From positions 1,116,001-1,180,000 of the forward strand of contig CM061246.1 in the NCBI GenBank assembly GCA_022605425.2: a DNA stretch of 64,000 nt, written 5' to 3'. Source of the stretch: Hamiltosporidium tvaerminnensis FI-OER-3-3. Taxonomy: Eukaryota; Fungi; Microsporidia. Below are positions 62,121 to 64,000 of the stretch, one piece after another (positions within the stretch are counted from its first letter, which is position 1; the number at the start of each line of letters is the position of its first letter). The translations under genes were made by a program, and so were the position numbers. The notes beneath the pieces are model-generated. The model searched no databases. It saw only the letters and a list, made by a program, of their open reading frames with translations, and was not told where the DNA came from.

Positions 62121-64000
62121 TTAAATAATTTTTTCCACCATTTCAACCACTTCTATCTCTTCCTCCAACTCCAACTCTTCATTTGTATTAGTTGTTGGTT
62201 CCTTTGCTGTGGTTATGCCATCCAAAATAAGGGGTAAAATATTTTTTGTATTTTCCGTTTTAACATCATCTTCCTCGTTGTCTACTTGCTTTAAAGGGGG
62301 TATTGGTTGTTTATGCATCTCAGCTCCTAAGATAACACTTAATGATGCTCTCTCCCAGCTCTCCTCGGCATTTGGACCAGACTCAAGTCTTCTTCGTCGA
62401 TCAAAAGAAATTGTTTCGACTGTCTTCTTGAGTACTATGGATTGTATATATCCCTCTACATTCATAGGTATTTGCAGTCTCTTAACATACGTCTTATGGT
62501 ATTTTGTCACAATACCGTCCCAGGTCATCACATAAGGAATTATCTCTACGTTGCATTTATAAATAAGACCTAACTCATTTGCTAATAGGTCATACTTCCT
62601 AAGCTTCTCTGTTTCAACTATTTGAAGAGAGTCTTGAGATGTGATTCCTACTTCAATGAGGGTTATCCTATTCTGTTTCTTGTCCAAAATAAATATATCT
62701 GGTCTGTTACACCGGATCTTGACATCAGTTTTTATTCAGGTGTCCACTCTTATCTCTGCATATTCGTTATCAAGAATTTCTTGAACTGAGTGGCTTCTAT
62801 TCGTTTCGAAGACTTAAACTTATATTTATTCAGCAAGAGTAAATGTATACATCGTACCACTTCATTATGTCGTCTAGTATAGTCATGACCAAGCATTTTT
62901 TCACATCTCGTTGCTAAGTGATCAACAGTTTTCCTAGACTGGTTGCAGTGTTGACACATACCTTCTGCACCCCAGAAAACATTTCTATCCTGGATATAAC
63001 AGAACACTGCTTCATCACGTGGTCTTACACTTCCTTTCTTTAACCATCTTGAGGATTCATTTACACTTACCAGCTCGTTATTTCTAGCGCTATATAACTT
63101 TGAATGTAGTTTTCGGTTTTTGATTTCGTTATATAGGTTAGCTAGTTGAGCTTCTTCCAATTTCTTTTTTGTGACATCCTCTTCCAACCCGTATTTTATT
63201 TTTAAAAGTTTTTAATTAGTGAAAGGTGGGTTTTATTATTATTCTCAACCTTTAGGATTGCTGCTCTTCTGGTCGATGTATCTTTATGTTTTTCCAGACA
63301 ATCCAAGAGTTGCAAAAGCCTATGTTCGCTTTTGAACTCGACACTATGTAAACTTCTTCCAAGTTCTTTACGTGGAAGGTACAGACGCTCTTTAAATCCT
63401 GGGCGAAGATGTATCTTGTTCTTTACTAAAACTGCACGCACCGCCTCATCTAACTTAGAGAAGTCAGCCGGTTCAAGTCGGAGTACACCTATATGATAGT
63501 TTAGTAAAGAAATTGCATGTTGATTAATGGCTTAAAATAAATTTCTTGCATTTAATCTCGTGCGACAAAGTCTTTCTACTCGTGCTATAAGTTTGGTCTG
63601 TACTTCCTCAAACGACTTACTTGTTGGAATTCTTCTGCTATCTTCTATAATTCCAAGGTATTTATAAACACCTATTCCTTAAAGAAGAGTAGCAGTATCT
63701 TCACAACATGGATCATTAGTGGTTGACTTCTCTTTGTTAATCTCCAATCCTATATTATTCATAAACTTTTTAACCTCCTCTGTCATTTCTTCCAATGTTT
63801 GTCCATCTTCGGCAAGGAGCTTAAGATCATCAATAAACAAGAGATGATTAGTCGCTGTGATTCTGCATCTGTCTTTATTGTCACTTTTGTGTATTTCTCA
63901 TTAAGCTTTCGGCTCAATGGATCCATACACAACACAAACAATAATGGTGACAAACTATCTCCTTGCAGCATCCCTCTATCAATCTTCTTACTCATGATTT
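62121..64000 (-). mobile_element. R4/Dong-like non-LTR retrotransposon (RT + CCHC + restriction-like endonuclease), frameshifted, runs off the window
   Basis: RGMLQGDSLSPLLF and LLFIDDLKL (RT); CQHC...DHLATRC; RHNEV; RPDIFILD...LIEVG...KYDLLA (RLE). Split by stops and frameshifts. Confidence 0.92.

Noticed and set aside
8301-62535. Short ORFs antisense to real genes (e.g. 8301-8576, 11636-11983, 28732-29007, 45528-46016, 62209-62535)
   Set aside because: Shadow frames of well-supported coding sequences with no motifs of their own.

Overview
Very AT-rich, gene-sparse eukaryotic DNA with intronless genes and CCC motifs just upstream of some ATGs. It is most consistent with a large-genome microsporidian (Hamiltosporidium-like; this is an inference). 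Conserved genes: APN1, GNA1, a forkhead transcription factor, a Sel1-repeat protein, elongator tRNA-Met, a SWD2/WDR82-like WD40 protein, the PI4-kinase STT4 and a C2H2 protein. Lineage-specific, probably secreted products: a signal-peptide/TM kinase with a broken paralogue, an LRR protein and three small 4-Cys proteins. Intergenic DNA is full of transposon relics: two R4/Dong-like RLE non-LTR retrotransposons, an RTE LINE relic, a bipartite RTE-derived SINE and two Ginger2/KRBA2-like integrase relics. The main signal is a ~720-bp non-coding, highly structured module present as 7 full-length and 4 partial copies. Every copy that retains its 5' end starts at the same GTGGAGGG boundary, one copy has a perfect 15-bp TSD, and the module lies just downstream of both RLE retrotransposon ORFs in the same orientation. 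Its centre can be folded by hand into a group I ribozyme-like P3-P4-P5-P6-P7-P9 core (hypothesis). A second oddity is a TAACACCC motif repeated with ~30-bp period both in intergenic DNA and inside the STT4 coding sequence.
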